Virus record (IMG/VR): IMGVR_UViG_3300020582_000006
Coordinates: 1 to 64,000 of that record
Source: a virus
DNA: 64,000 nucleotides
Reading direction: 5' to 3' (one strand)
Below, one piece after another: positions 39,242-48,764 of this stretch. Position numbers and translations under genes: made by a program. The notes beneath the pieces are model-generated. The model was not told where the DNA came from and did no database searches. It was given only the letters and a program-made list of their open reading frames with translations. Position 1 is the stretch's first letter. The number at the start of each line of letters is the position of its first letter.

Positions 39242-40680
39242 GGTCGTCTCGGCATCAACTCCGACTGCTGATCGGATCGGGCTTGTTGTGGGCCTCCTAC
39301 CTGATCGTTCGGTATGGCTGCTCGCGCGACGTTCGGGTGGGATTCGTTCGGTTCATATCTGGATTCGTTCGGGGGGCTCGCAACTCGTCGGATCGGCACA
39401 AGAGACGGCAGATCGGTCGGTTGGAACAGCCAGATAGGTCGGGGCAACGCCGGATGAGGCTTTCGGGTGCTTAATCCAGATTCCCGTCGGGAAAGATGAG
39501 TCAACCGGTTCGGGGCCTGCTACCTGATCGGTCGGAAACCCGTCGCCGAACTGATCGGGAGATGATCGGGCGTTCGGGGGGATAGGTCGGGGTACTCGCA
39601 GTCCTCGGGTCGGGAATAGTTCGGGAAACGATCGGGAACTGATCGTGTCGGGTCTTGCATCTGTCCACCGTCTCGGGTTGCGAGTCATTCGTTCGGGTGG
39701 TCTCGATGGCTGGTCGTCTCAGGCCCTGAAAGACCAGATCGTTCGGGTTTCGCGGATGTGGTTCGTTCGGGTGTTGCATCTGCAACCATCGTTCGGGTTT
39801 TCAACTTCGTTTCGGCGGGGACTGTCGGACCACCGAAGGCTGGTCGTTCGGTCGCCACTGCCGCTCAGATCGTTCGGGACACAACTGGGAACTGATCGTG
39901 TCGGGTCTTGCATCTGTCGATTCGGGATTTTCGGGTCACGACCATTCGAGATCGGTCGGGTGGGGCAAGAACAAGATCGGTCGGGGTAAGTAGCGAGATC
40001 GGTCGGTATCCGATTTGTTCGGGTCTTTAACTCGTCCTCTGGCCTGTTCGTTCGGGGGATGTTAGCGGAGATCGGTCGGGCATCCTGGCCTGTTCGTTCG
40101 GGAAATAGCCTAAGCGGAGATCGGTCGGGCAACTTGAAAGAGGCCTCTGTATTTCGGGCACCCCGTCAAGGAGTTCGTTCGGGGATATATCGGCCGGGAA
40201 ATGGACAAGCCGGCGTCGAGATCGGTCGGGCTGTAGCAAGGAGTGCCGGTCGGGTCGGTGGAATCAGCAGCCGAAGCTATCAGGCGTCGAGATCGGTCGG
40301 TCAAGGAATGGTTTTTGATCTTTCGGGGCCTGGGCGAAATATCTGCAATCGGTCGGGGAAAGATTTGGATCGTTCGGTTCGCCGCGACCGTACCGGGCGT
40401 CGTGATCGGTCGGGCCAAGCTCATGATCGGTCGGGCTGTGGAGTGATTTCATCGGGATTACCGGCGTTTGCGTGATCGGTCGGGATTTGTTCGTCAGTGA
40501 GGATCGGTCGGGGCTCGCGCTGTTCCCAGGCTCTCGTCAGCGGTCATCGGGATTACCGGCGATCCGGGTCGGTCGGTCAGAAAAAGCTCGAGTGCCTTTT
40601 TCCGGCGGGGTGTTTCAGCGGAGCTTTGTTTCGGTTCAATGAATTGATCGTTCGGTATCTGTCACTTTTCCACAGGTCGG
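39242..40680 (+). repeat. Strand-polarised array of short (GA)TCG(G/T)TCGG(G) motifs with variable spacers
   Basis: About 29 exact TCGKTCGG copies (by-eye count) plus many degenerate ones, all on the + strand, mostly 20-28 nt apart; no consistent coding frame. Confidence 0.9.
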
Positions 40681-40829
40681 CGCGCCGACTACTGGTTCTT
40701 TCTACAGGAGTTAATACAGGTCAATAAGGAAGGGCGCCCCTAAATCTACGTATGCGCGCCCCTAAATCTACGTGCCCGGGTTCGCATCGCATTGATTCGA
40801 CTGAAACCAAAGCGCCCCTAAATCTACGT
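40666..40829. promoter_or_regulatory. Iteron-type plasmid replication origin
   Basis: Three 18-bp GCGCCCCTAAATCTACGT copies (40734, 40756, 40812); DnaA-like box TTTTCCACA at 40666; AT-rich ACAGG repeats; adjacent to the rep gene. Confidence 0.8.
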
Positions 40830-40847
40830 GCAAAAATGCAGAGATTC

Positions 40848-41834
40848 TCAGGGTTTTCCTCGTTTCCCCGCTGCCGGGCGAATCGCCTGGCCTGGTCGGA
40901 CGACGAGGAAATCGGCCGTCAGCTCTGCCGGACACGCAGGCCAAAGTCCGCGAACGGTATCCATCCATTTCGATATCTGTTCCCGGAATCGACGTGGTCG
41001 CGCGTAGTCTATTACCCCTAATTGAAATTCCAGTCCCGCTTCTCCGAATATGGGGATGAGTTGCTCCTGCGTTGCCGTGAAGCAGCGCCAGATGAGCCAA
41101 CACGTGAAATCCAGTGCGCCCGGAGCATGCGCCAGCTGCCGGACTATGTTCATATCAATCGGGATCGGGTGGTTTTTTACTTCGTTCCAGAACTGCTCTG
41201 ACAGCACGATGACGTTCTGAAAGTCTTCACCCGGCAATCCGGGGTGGTCGCCGTTTGAATACCAAAGCCGCATCTGATCGAAGAAATTGAACCGTGACCG
41301 ATCGATGTATCTGGCCTGTCCTCTTGTGCCGTCGGTACTGAAGTAGATCGTGGCATCAAAAAGGCGCTCGAAGCCCTCGACGATGCGTTTGTAGTGGAAC
41401 CCGCTGGTACTGAGTCCGAACTCGCGGAGCATCTCAGCTGCGCTGTCGAAGGTAACGCGTCGGTTCTGTTTGATCACAGCAAGAGTACTGATCCATAAGG
41501 GAATAAGCCGGTCCTGACCGAAGGGAAGCCCCAGTTTGGAAGTGGTCGCTATGCGTAATGAGAACCGCCCGTTGACTCGCGTATACTCCTTGACCCCTGC
41601 AGCTGGCCGCCGGATAGGAAGCCCGCACAGAACGAATGGACGCGTGTTATAGCCTATCGATTGTCGGCCTTCCTCTCTCGCCGCCCGGACCAGTTCGATA
41701 CCTTCGACGCGCTTCTGAAATTGCTTTGATACGCCACGAAGTTCGCGTCGGACCGGCTCGGCTGGAAGATCCAACCCGTTGACGAAGTCCGTATCCCCTG
41801 CTCTCACCAATGCCGGTTTTATGTTGTCTTTCAT
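40848..41834 (-). CDS. repA: Plasmid replication initiator (RepA_C / IncW-like)
   Basis: FVLCGLP, RVNGRFSL, GLPFGQDRLI, LSEQFWNEV..HPIPID and ALDF..WL.WR motifs; ATGA-coupled start. Confidence 0.85.
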   Translation of the reverse strand: MKDNIKPALVRAGDTDFVNGLDLPAEPVRRELRGVSKQFQKRVEGIELVRAAREEGRQSIGYNTRPFVLCGLPIRRPAAGVKEYTRVNGRFSLRIATTSKLGLPFGQDRLIPLWISTLAVIKQNRRVTFDSAAEMLREFGLSTSGFHYKRIVEGFERLFDATIYFSTDGTRGQARYIDRSRFNFFDQMRLWYSNGDHPGLPGEDFQNVIVLSEQFWNEVKNHPIPIDMNIVRQLAHAPGALDFTCWLIWRCFTATQEQLIPIFGEAGLEFQLGVIDYARPRRFREQISKWMDTVRGLWPACPAELTADFLVVRPGQAIRPAAGKRGKP

Positions 41835-42196
41835 AGCTCGTGGCACTCGAACAGACTCCCCTGGCTGTAGATGGAACGTAACGCCTCGCGCGGGATCTCC
41901 CATGCTGGCACACTCGCGTACTCGATCTCGGGCAGCAGCCACAGCTGGCCGGACTCGCGCGCCCGCCGGCGGCGCATGACGGCGATCTTATGCCGCGCGT
42001 CGGCCCGGGAGTGGCAGGGAGCGCAGCGGATCCGCACGCTCGATGTCCGGGGATCGTGCGTCTCATGCGTGAGCTGCACGTACCGCGGAATCGGGCACAG
42101 ACAGTCGCGGCAGACGGCGCCGCGCGAGGCGATCAGGGCCAGCCGGTACCGCTGCCACTCCGGACCATAGAACTGCCTGTAAGACGCCCGGATCAT
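41831..42196 (-). CDS. HNH-like zinc-binding protein
   Basis: C..C...LTH..H...CAPCH pattern. Confidence 0.55.
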   Translation of the reverse strand: MIRASYRQFYGPEWQRYRLALIASRGAVCRDCLCPIPRYVQLTHETHDPRTSSVRIRCAPCHSRADARHKIAVMRRRRARESGQLWLLPEIEYASVPAWEIPREALRSIYSQGSLFECHEL

Positions 42197-42462
42197 CGCT
42201 TTACGTGGGCTCTCTTCTTCCCAAGCGGCACTGTCGGCACAATCAGGCCGGACAGTATGTCGGCTTCTCTCGCCAGCGCGATCGGATTGGGCCGCACCGC
42301 TCCCGTGAACCAGCTGGAAAGCCCGGCTGCAGCTTCGGCGCAGCCTGAGCACAGTGTTTCGTCATGCCACGAGCACGGCGGATCGCAGGCGTTCTCTTCC
42401 GTGCAGGCGCAGACTCTGCAGGCACGTTGTTTCGGCTTCGCCGGGAGGCGCGGTTTTCTCAT
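42193..42462 (-). CDS. Cys-rich small protein
   Basis: CRVCACTEENAC...CSW...LCSGC. Confidence 0.6.
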   Translation of the reverse strand: MRKPRLPAKPKQRACRVCACTEENACDPPCSWHDETLCSGCAEAAAGLSSWFTGAVRPNPIALAREADILSGLIVPTVPLGKKRAHVKR

Positions 42463-42986
42463 CGGGCAGCCTCGGCTTTCTTCGGGAACAGCCCCATGAG
42501 GATGCCTTGATAGCCGCTGTGTTCGTCGGCAACCGTGACTAACGGATCGCCGACCAGTTCGATCCGGCCGTCGACGATCTTGTATTCCTGAATGGCAGTC
42601 TGCTGGTAATCGGCTGTCTCGAGCGAACAGGCGACAGCCTCTCGTCTGGGGATTATCCCCAGGTTCATGCAATCCTCGATCGTCAGCTGGAATACCTCGC
42701 GGAAGGCTTGCAGTTCCGGCCGCGTACTGAATGAGATCAGCGTATCGCTCAACATGATCACGGCCTGGATCCCGCCCGACTGGACGCGCCGCCGCAGGTC
42801 TTCGCCCAGTTCAATCTTGCACTCCCGATTGTTGGTCACCTCGTCGTCAACCAGGACGACGTCATAGGAGCCGTCCTGGCGGATCAGATGGAACATCTGC
42901 GTCAAATCGCCCTTGTTCAGGACGATCTGGTCGATGCCGTAGTTCAGCGTTCTCGCTGCCATAGCGATCAGTTCCTCTGTCGTCAT
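42459..42986 (-). CDS. Hypothetical protein (apparent paralog of 53459-54007)
   Basis: Coupled 175-aa ORF. Confidence 0.65.
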   Translation of the reverse strand: MTTEELIAMAARTLNYGIDQIVLNKGDLTQMFHLIRQDGSYDVVLVDDEVTNNRECKIELGEDLRRRVQSGGIQAVIMLSDTLISFSTRPELQAFREVFQLTIEDCMNLGIIPRREAVACSLETADYQQTAIQEYKIVDGRIELVGDPLVTVADEHSGYQGILMGLFPKKAEAAR

Positions 42987-42991
42987 GGGCC

Positions 42992-43216
42992 TTAATCCAT
43001 GTGCTCCAGCTTCTCGGCCGCCGACTGCACGATAAACGCGCTGCGGCTGATGCCCAGGCGTCTGGCCCCCTTGTCGATGCGGCCAAGCAGAACCGGATCG
43101 ATCCGTATCATCGTGGGTTTCTTGTTGGCCTGTTCGTCGGGCAACCTGCCCGACTTCGAGATGAAGGCTTTGGCCTTGCGTTCTTTGACTGCGGTGGGAT
43201 TTCTAGCGATTGCCAT
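42992..43216 (-). CDS. RHH partition/regulator protein (ParG/CopG-like)
   Basis: TMIRIDPVLLGRIDKGARRLGISRSAFI; directly downstream of parA. Confidence 0.8.
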   Translation of the reverse strand: MAIARNPTAVKERKAKAFISKSGRLPDEQANKKPTMIRIDPVLLGRIDKGARRLGISRSAFIVQSAAEKLEHMD

Positions 43217-43865
43217 TCGATACCTCTTGTATATCGTTTGTATAGAGGAATTTTACAAGCTGATTCATCTCGTCCGCGGCCTTCTGGTCCTCGCGGTATT
43301 CGGCCACGGACAGGCCCAGCGCGGCCGCGTTCGGGAAGGCCTTGCGCCGTCCGATCATGCAGGGGGCGATCTCGATGCCGGCGATCTCGCGCAAAGCGGC
43401 CAGCGCCGCCTCGTTGTCTTTGCCCTGCGGATCGGCCTCATTGATGACGGCGACGGCGCGCAGCGACTCATTGATCTCGCGGGCTTCCGCTACCAGCTCG
43501 CATGTCTCTTCGCTGCGCCACAGATCAAAGCTGCGCGGCTTGAGCGGGATCAGGACGGTATCGGCGACCGTGAGCGCCGCCCGCAGGCTGCCGGTCGCGT
43601 CCTCGCCGCCGATGTCGATCACGATGTCGGCGAACTTCGAGGTCAGCTGCCGGACCTGAGTCCGGATATTCGCGCCGCGCAAAGCGACGGCGGTGTAACC
43701 CGACTTGCCCTTCGCTGTCGTGCGCAGATCGGTGAACGCGAGCGCCGCGCCCTCGGCGTCGATCAGCAGAACGTCCCGGCCGTTCGCGGCTAACGTGATT
43801 GCCAGATTCACTGCCAGGGTCGTTTTGCCAACGCCGCCTTTCAGGTTGCCGACCGTAAAAATCAT
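43203..43865 (-). CDS. parA: ParA-family partition ATPase (type Ib)
   Basis: KGGVGKTT Walker A, VLLID and DIVID motifs; 220 aa. Confidence 0.92.
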   Translation of the reverse strand: MIFTVGNLKGGVGKTTLAVNLAITLAANGRDVLLIDAEGAALAFTDLRTTAKGKSGYTAVALRGANIRTQVRQLTSKFADIVIDIGGEDATGSLRAALTVADTVLIPLKPRSFDLWRSEETCELVAEAREINESLRAVAVINEADPQGKDNEAALAALREIAGIEIAPCMIGRRKAFPNAAALGLSVAEYREDQKAADEMNQLVKFLYTNDIQEVSNGNR

Positions 43866-44044
43866 GCAGGCTCCTCTTCAATCGGGATTTCATCAGAAGC
43901 CCCGGTGACCCATTCGATGCCCTGTTTCACGCCCTGTTCGTAGGACATCCCCGGCACGGAACTGCCGCCGTGTTCCTCCCACGCGTTGGCGGAGTTGAGA
44001 ACATTGTCGATTTCAGAATCGGTTCGTTTGATCTTGTATGCCAT
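43862..44044 (-). CDS. Hypothetical protein
   Basis: MAYKIKRTDSEID...; AAGGA RBS; first gene of the par/rep operon. Confidence 0.6.
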   Translation of the reverse strand: MAYKIKRTDSEIDNVLNSANAWEEHGGSSVPGMSYEQGVKQGIEWVTGASDEIPIEEEPA

Positions 44045-44120
44045 TGCTTCCTTTCCACATGGACCGATTATCAAACGAGTGACAACAGATATACAAGCGC
44101 AATCGGTTATGATACGACAA

Positions 44121-44588
44121 ATGATGAAACCGTTCACCGAAGGCACGCCGCCGCCCGCCCGCTTCAATGCAGGCGAACGGGCGTTCTATAACGGCAAGTA
44201 TCAGGCGATCCTGAAAGACGCCGGTGGCATGGTAATCCTTACCATCCGGCGCGAAGACCGGCGGCCGGTCACCGACTGGCGAGACGTGCAGTGGATCAAG
44301 AACCAGTTACTCGGTCCGGAGGTGGAGGCTGTGCAGCTCTTCCCGGCCGAGTCGCGGCTGGTCGATACTTCGAACCAGTTCTATCTCTATGCCTCCAAGC
44401 AGGAAGGCTATCGCTTCCCCTTCGGCTTCACTGAGCGGCGGGTAGCTGAGGGCATCAGCGTCAAGCTCGAAAACTGTGCGCCGTCACAGCAGCGGCCGTT
44501 CGCCGATCACGTCCGGCCCGCGGATCTGAAAGAGAGCGAGGAACTGCTGGCGCAGGAACTCCGCGAGGTCGGGATCGAACCGCTGTGA
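44121..44588 (+). CDS. Phage hypothetical protein
   Basis: DWRDVQWIKNQL.GPE.EAVQLFPAESRLVD motif. Confidence 0.7.
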   Translation: MMKPFTEGTPPPARFNAGERAFYNGKYQAILKDAGGMVILTIRREDRRPVTDWRDVQWIKNQLLGPEVEAVQLFPAESRLVDTSNQFYLYASKQEGYRFPFGFTERRVAEGISVKLENCAPSQQRPFADHVRPADLKESEELLAQELREVGIEPL

Positions 44589-44881
44589 TCTGTGACATCT
44601 GCCTTGCGCCGCACGAAGAACTGTGGGGATTCTCAGTCGCCGGCTTCTATGAACCGTTTACCGATGTCGTGAACGTTGCCGGCGAGTGGGGAGTCTGCGA
44701 CGAATGCAAGCTGCTGATCGACGCGCGGGACGCCGCCGGGATTGTAGCTCGCGTCAAGACTGACAGCGCCCGGGTGACGCGGCTTATCGCGCCGTTCTAT
44801 GTGATGCTGATCGCCAACATCACGGGGCCGCTGGTCCGGATTCGCGACCAGACGACCCCGCTCTATGGCATTATCGAGTGA
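44585..44881 (+). CDS. Cys-containing hypothetical protein
   Basis: CDIC...WGVCDEC; resembles the N-terminus of 57856-58347. Confidence 0.55.
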   Translation: MICDICLAPHEELWGFSVAGFYEPFTDVVNVAGEWGVCDECKLLIDARDAAGIVARVKTDSARVTRLIAPFYVMLIANITGPLVRIRDQTTPLYGIIE

Positions 44882-45232
44882 GCTTCCAGTTCCTCTGAAA
44901 TCAGGTGCGGTTTTCTGCAATCGGGATACGCGAGTCCCGAAACAGAAAAGCCAGCGGTTCACGGCCGCTGGCTGGTTTCAATCCGGGGACTGAAAGGCGG
45001 TGGTTCTATGTACACCGTTAGACTGATGGTCACGATCCATATGATCGTGATCGTGATAACGCTGTCGTTCCGTAAGGGCCGATAAGCTGAATCAGGGGAA
45101 GCTGGGCAGCAACCCGGCTTTCCCTCAGTCTTGAAAATACCACAGACGGGATAAAATCTGGTCTCAGGCTGCCTAGTCCGGCCAGACGACAAGCGGGAAA
45201 CCTCACCCGCTGGCAGCCTGCCTCGAAGAACA

Positions 45233-45826
45233 TCATTTCCATAACTTCTCGAACCGGGCCGCATTCGTAGCGGTATACTTCACCGTGTGCTCGATCTTGC
45301 GATGGCCGAGGTAGTCCTGAATGAGCCGGGTGTCGGCGCCCTGATCGGCAAGGGCGAAGCCGCAAGCGTGCCGCAGCATGTGCGGGTGGGCCGTGAAGGG
45401 CAGGTCAGCCGCTGCGCTCGCGGTCTTGAGCAGATAGTTCACGCTCGACCGGTGCAGAGGCTTGCGCTGTTCCGAGACAAAGAAGGCTTTGACGGTCGCC
45501 GGCACGTTCATGGCTGTCCGGACTTTGAGCCAGGTCCTGATCGCCCGCACTTCCTCGACGCGCAGCGGGTGAGTGGTCGAGAGCCCGCGCTTGAGGCGTT
45601 TGACATGCAGGATGCGGCTTTCGGTGTCCACATGGTCGAGCGGCAGGCTGCAGATCTCCGACACGCGATAGCCGTGGCGGAAGCTGAGAAGCAGCAGGCA
45701 GCGATCGCGCTCCCGGTTGCGGCTGATCTCGGAGGCGGCGTCGATGAGTTTCTCGACCTCGCGTGCGGTAAGGTGCAGGCGGTCTGATTTGTCGGGTTTT
45801 TCGTCTTGTTTTGCGTTGTTTCCCAT
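45233..45826 (-). CDS. FimB/FimE-like tyrosine recombinase (catalytic domain only)
   Basis: HGYRVSE, RLK, HPHMLRHACG and YLGH...HTVKY catalytic R-K-H-R-H-Y set. Confidence 0.9.
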   Translation of the reverse strand: MGNNAKQDEKPDKSDRLHLTAREVEKLIDAASEISRNRERDRCLLLLSFRHGYRVSEICSLPLDHVDTESRILHVKRLKRGLSTTHPLRVEEVRAIRTWLKVRTAMNVPATVKAFFVSEQRKPLHRSSVNYLLKTASAAADLPFTAHPHMLRHACGFALADQGADTRLIQDYLGHRKIEHTVKYTATNAARFEKLWK

Positions 45827-45905
45827 TTTGTTGAAAGTAAGCCTTTCTGGAATCGGCTCAAGTCCGCGCCAAACGCGGGTGAGTCCTTCTTACTTTCCAC
45901 AAAAT
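45825..45905. repeat. 17-bp inverted repeat at the recombinase start (putative recombination or operator site)
   Basis: ATTTTGTTGAAAGTAAG (45825-45841) and CTTACTTTCCACAAAAT (45889-45905); 16/17 match; 47-bp spacer. Confidence 0.75.
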
Positions 45906-46248
45906 AGCCCTATTTGTCGAGAGTAACCGTACTCAGGGTCCTATAACCCCACTTCCACCGGCCAGATCGCGTACAACCTGGCATAGTAAGGGTCCGCCGT
46001 TCTTCTTCGAGAACCAGGCGCTCTCACTCTCCGCAGATCTTCCGCCTCAGCTCGCGCTCACTTAGAGCGTCATTCACAAAATTTTATACATCCTTTTCGA
46101 ACCTTCATGCATTGATAAAAGCCCGAAAATTCGCAAGTCCGTACAAACAGGACTTATCTTACATTTCAGTTGACGAATAAATGAACAATCATGTAGCATT
46201 TGGCAGGTTCCGGTGAGCGTAATTACGCGTCTTACCTTGTAAGTCTGG

Positions 46249-46932
46249 ATGGTTTGTATGCTGGAACACGTGAATGGATCGGAATTACGATCCACGTTCC
46301 CTGCCGCCGATCAGAGATTAGTCGCCCGATCCAGCATCATCACTGACAGGCTGATACCGCCGATGGCGCGCCTGCTCTATCTGTTTCTCGACGACAAAGC
46401 CAATGGGGAAGATCACGTCGCCATAGATCAGGCGGAAGCCGGACGGATGCTCGGAGTCTGCCGGCGGCAGGTCAATAAACTGGCCAGTTTACTGCAGAAT
46501 GCGGGCTATATTATGGCCCGCCGCTCGCGCCGGGGATCGGCTGAGTATCGCTTCGTCTGGCGCAAACCGGCCGCTCTGGCAGCCTCACTTTCCCGGGAAA
46601 GTCCGGCCGTACCGTTGCCGGACAACGCGATCTATGCGGATATTATTTCGCAAATCAGCGGGGAAACTCCCAGTCCGCGGCTGCTCGACAGAATCCGTGA
46701 CGTCGAGACCCGGCTCGATGTGCCGGAACAAGTGATATGCCGCTGGCTCGACGATAAATGCCGCGAACTCAGAGGCAGGGCCGGCGGGCGCCCGTTCGTC
46801 GGGATCCTGGGCAAAGCAGTCGTCGAAGACCTCCCGGGCTGGCTGAGAGTCAATGCGGACCGCGTGCGCGAAGACTTCCGCCGGCGCGATCTGCGCCGCC
46901 AGATGCAACTCGGCTTCGCCCGCTCGTCCTGA
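46249..46932 (+). CDS. Helix-turn-helix replication initiator-like protein
   Basis: ARLLYLFL, QAEAGRMLGVCRRQVNKLASLLQNAGYI winged HTH; followed by a DnaA-box region. Confidence 0.6.
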   Translation: MVCMLEHVNGSELRSTFPAADQRLVARSSIITDRLIPPMARLLYLFLDDKANGEDHVAIDQAEAGRMLGVCRRQVNKLASLLQNAGYIMARRSRRGSAEYRFVWRKPAALAASLSRESPAVPLPDNAIYADIISQISGETPSPRLLDRIRDVETRLDVPEQVICRWLDDKCRELRGRAGGRPFVGILGKAVVEDLPGWLRVNADRVREDFRRRDLRRQMQLGFARSS

Positions 46933-46951
46933 CTCGAAACCTTATGCGAAA

Positions 46952-47386
46952 TTTTCCACAGCAGGGTTTTCCACAACCCGATCAAGAAGAGAACTATAGT
47001 TCTCTTCTTGAATTCAAGAAGAGAACTATAGTTCTCTTCTTGAATAAACCTGTGGAAAACTGCCTGCTCGCCTTCTGTTTTCAGTGGCATAGCTCTTGTG
47101 CGCTTCCCTGTGGGGCGCACTTCGGACGCTTTCCGCCTCCCGGCCGCGCTCAGGCCGCGCCGGGCGCTTTCGGGCGGGCGGATGGCCGCCGGCGGCGGAT
47201 CGGCGCGTCTGAGTGCACGGAAAACGCAAAGGGCGGCGCAATTCGCGTGACATGTCACACACAAATCGCGCTGCCGCCGAAATTTCCGCTTCGCGCGCGC
47301 GAAGGCTTTTCCGTTATACGGAGTATTTACTTAAAAGTCAGACAGTCTAATACCGCGCTCAATTATCCACAGCTGCCTGTGGGAAA
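46952..47386. promoter_or_regulatory. Second origin-like region with DnaA boxes
   Basis: TTTTCCACA at 46952 and 46967, TGTGGAAAA at 47051, perfect TTATCCACA at 47363, TGTGGGAAA at 47378. Confidence 0.6.
46982..47043. repeat. 62-bp perfect palindrome made of two 30-bp palindromes
   Basis: TCAAGAAGAGAACTATAGTTCTCTTCTTGA-AT-TCAAGAAGAGAACTATAGTTCTCTTCTTGA. Confidence 0.97.
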
Positions 47387-47477
47387 ACCCCCGACTGACG
47401 GACTGACTGACCTTCAAAAACAACCGGAAAACCCCGACCGCGCGGGGCTTTCCCATTTTTTGTGTAGATTAGGACCA

Positions 47478-47786
47478 ATGCCGCGAATAACAGCCGAAGA
47501 CCTGCAATTACGGGATGCAATGGAAATTCAGCGGGCGCACGACATCCTGAAAGTTATTGCCCTTGAAGAAATTCCGGTGGGTTTCGACGGGCCGGAGGCG
47601 GAATTGCAGCGGCGAATGATGTTCTCCGCGCTCGACGTTCTTTGCTGGGTCCTGCGCCACGATCACAACACACACTTCGAACAGAATCTCGCGGCGATCG
47701 AACGCGCCGCGGCCGCCGCAGGCTTTCATCTGAGCCGCGCCGATGACGAAGAAACCAGCGTGAAGGACGTGCCTGAAACGAAGTGA
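47478..47786 (+). CDS. Hypothetical protein
   Basis: AGGA RBS; EIQRAHDIL...LDVLCWVL.H. Confidence 0.65.
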   Translation: MPRITAEDLQLRDAMEIQRAHDILKVIALEEIPVGFDGPEAELQRRMMFSALDVLCWVLRHDHNTHFEQNLAAIERAAAAAGFHLSRADDEETSVKDVPETK

Positions 47787-48764
47787 TTCAATTCGCCTGT
47801 ATGTGCGCGTGGATGGGAGGCTTGCAGGTATCTCTCTGTCCCCGGCATCCCCAGGCTCACGATTTCAAAGGAGACAAACCCTTGACGGAACCGAAATTCC
47901 TGCCCCGGAAACACCCCAAAGATCCGCGTGACATATGGACTCACTCCATCGTGTCGCACCGCACCGGACGCGGCTTCGTCGTCGTCGAGTGGAACAACGA
48001 AGTCGGCCAGTTCGATCCGGAGGATGCCCGCCACTTCGCCCATACCCTGATGCGGGAAGCGGACAATGCCGAGACGGACGCCTGGGTCTACTCCCTGCTG
48101 AAGGACAAATTGAAACTGGATGACCACATGATGGCCGCGATCATCACGGACTTCCGCACGGACCGCGCCAGACTCGAGCAGCTCGCCGGGTTGCGCACTA
48201 CCAAAGACGACTTACCAGAGGAGGACCGGCGATGAGCGACGTGGCTGAAGGCTTCCTTGAAGTCGGGAGTAACGGTAAAGGCGAAGTGGTCATCAACCAT
48301 CCCTCTATGAAGCTGGATGAGAACGGCGTGGGACATTTCGTGTTCTCCATTAAGCAGGCGCGCGATCTGGCGCGGCTGCTGCTGAAGAAAGCGGATGAGG
48401 CGGCGGCCGAGCTGCGATGACCGATCAGGAGTTTAAGGAATTTGTGTCGGACTGCGTCGAGCGGCCGGAATTCGAGGAAGCCTGGGCGCTTATGAGCAGA
48501 TCACCCGGCATCGCCCGGGTCGAGACACTGACGTGGGCATTCGACCATATCAAAATGTCCCGGTGGCATACCGACAGGCTTGATCTCGACGTGAACGACA
48601 TCATCGTTGAAGCGACGAAATGGGCGGCAAACCCCGCAGCGAAGTCGGACTTCACTTCGTTCCTGATGATCAGACTTCTCACACTGGCCAGTGTGTTCTT
48701 CAATATCGGCGCGATTGTGGGGATTACTTCCATGACCGATGAAGAAGAAGACGAAACGGTGTAA
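47783..48764 (+). CDS. Three coupled hypothetical genes (47783-48235, 48232-48420, 48417-48764)
   Basis: ATGA/GTGA coupling. Confidence 0.55.

Noticed and set aside
39169-40680. Canonical CRISPR array
   Set aside because: The 37-nt repeat-like unit occurs only once; the downstream motifs are 8-11 nt with irregular spacing, and no cas1/cas2 is seen.
39196-40727. ORFs listed across the repeat array
   Set aside because: Short, overlapping in all frames, dominated by translations of the motif (PTD, RSG, DRS), and without RBS support.
45233-45826. Prophage integrase or protelomerase
   Set aside because: At 197 aa it has only the catalytic domain, too short for either family.
46758-47477. N-terminal extension of the 342-aa ORF through the palindrome
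   Set aside because: It crosses the palindrome and DnaA boxes; a better start with RBS lies at 47478.
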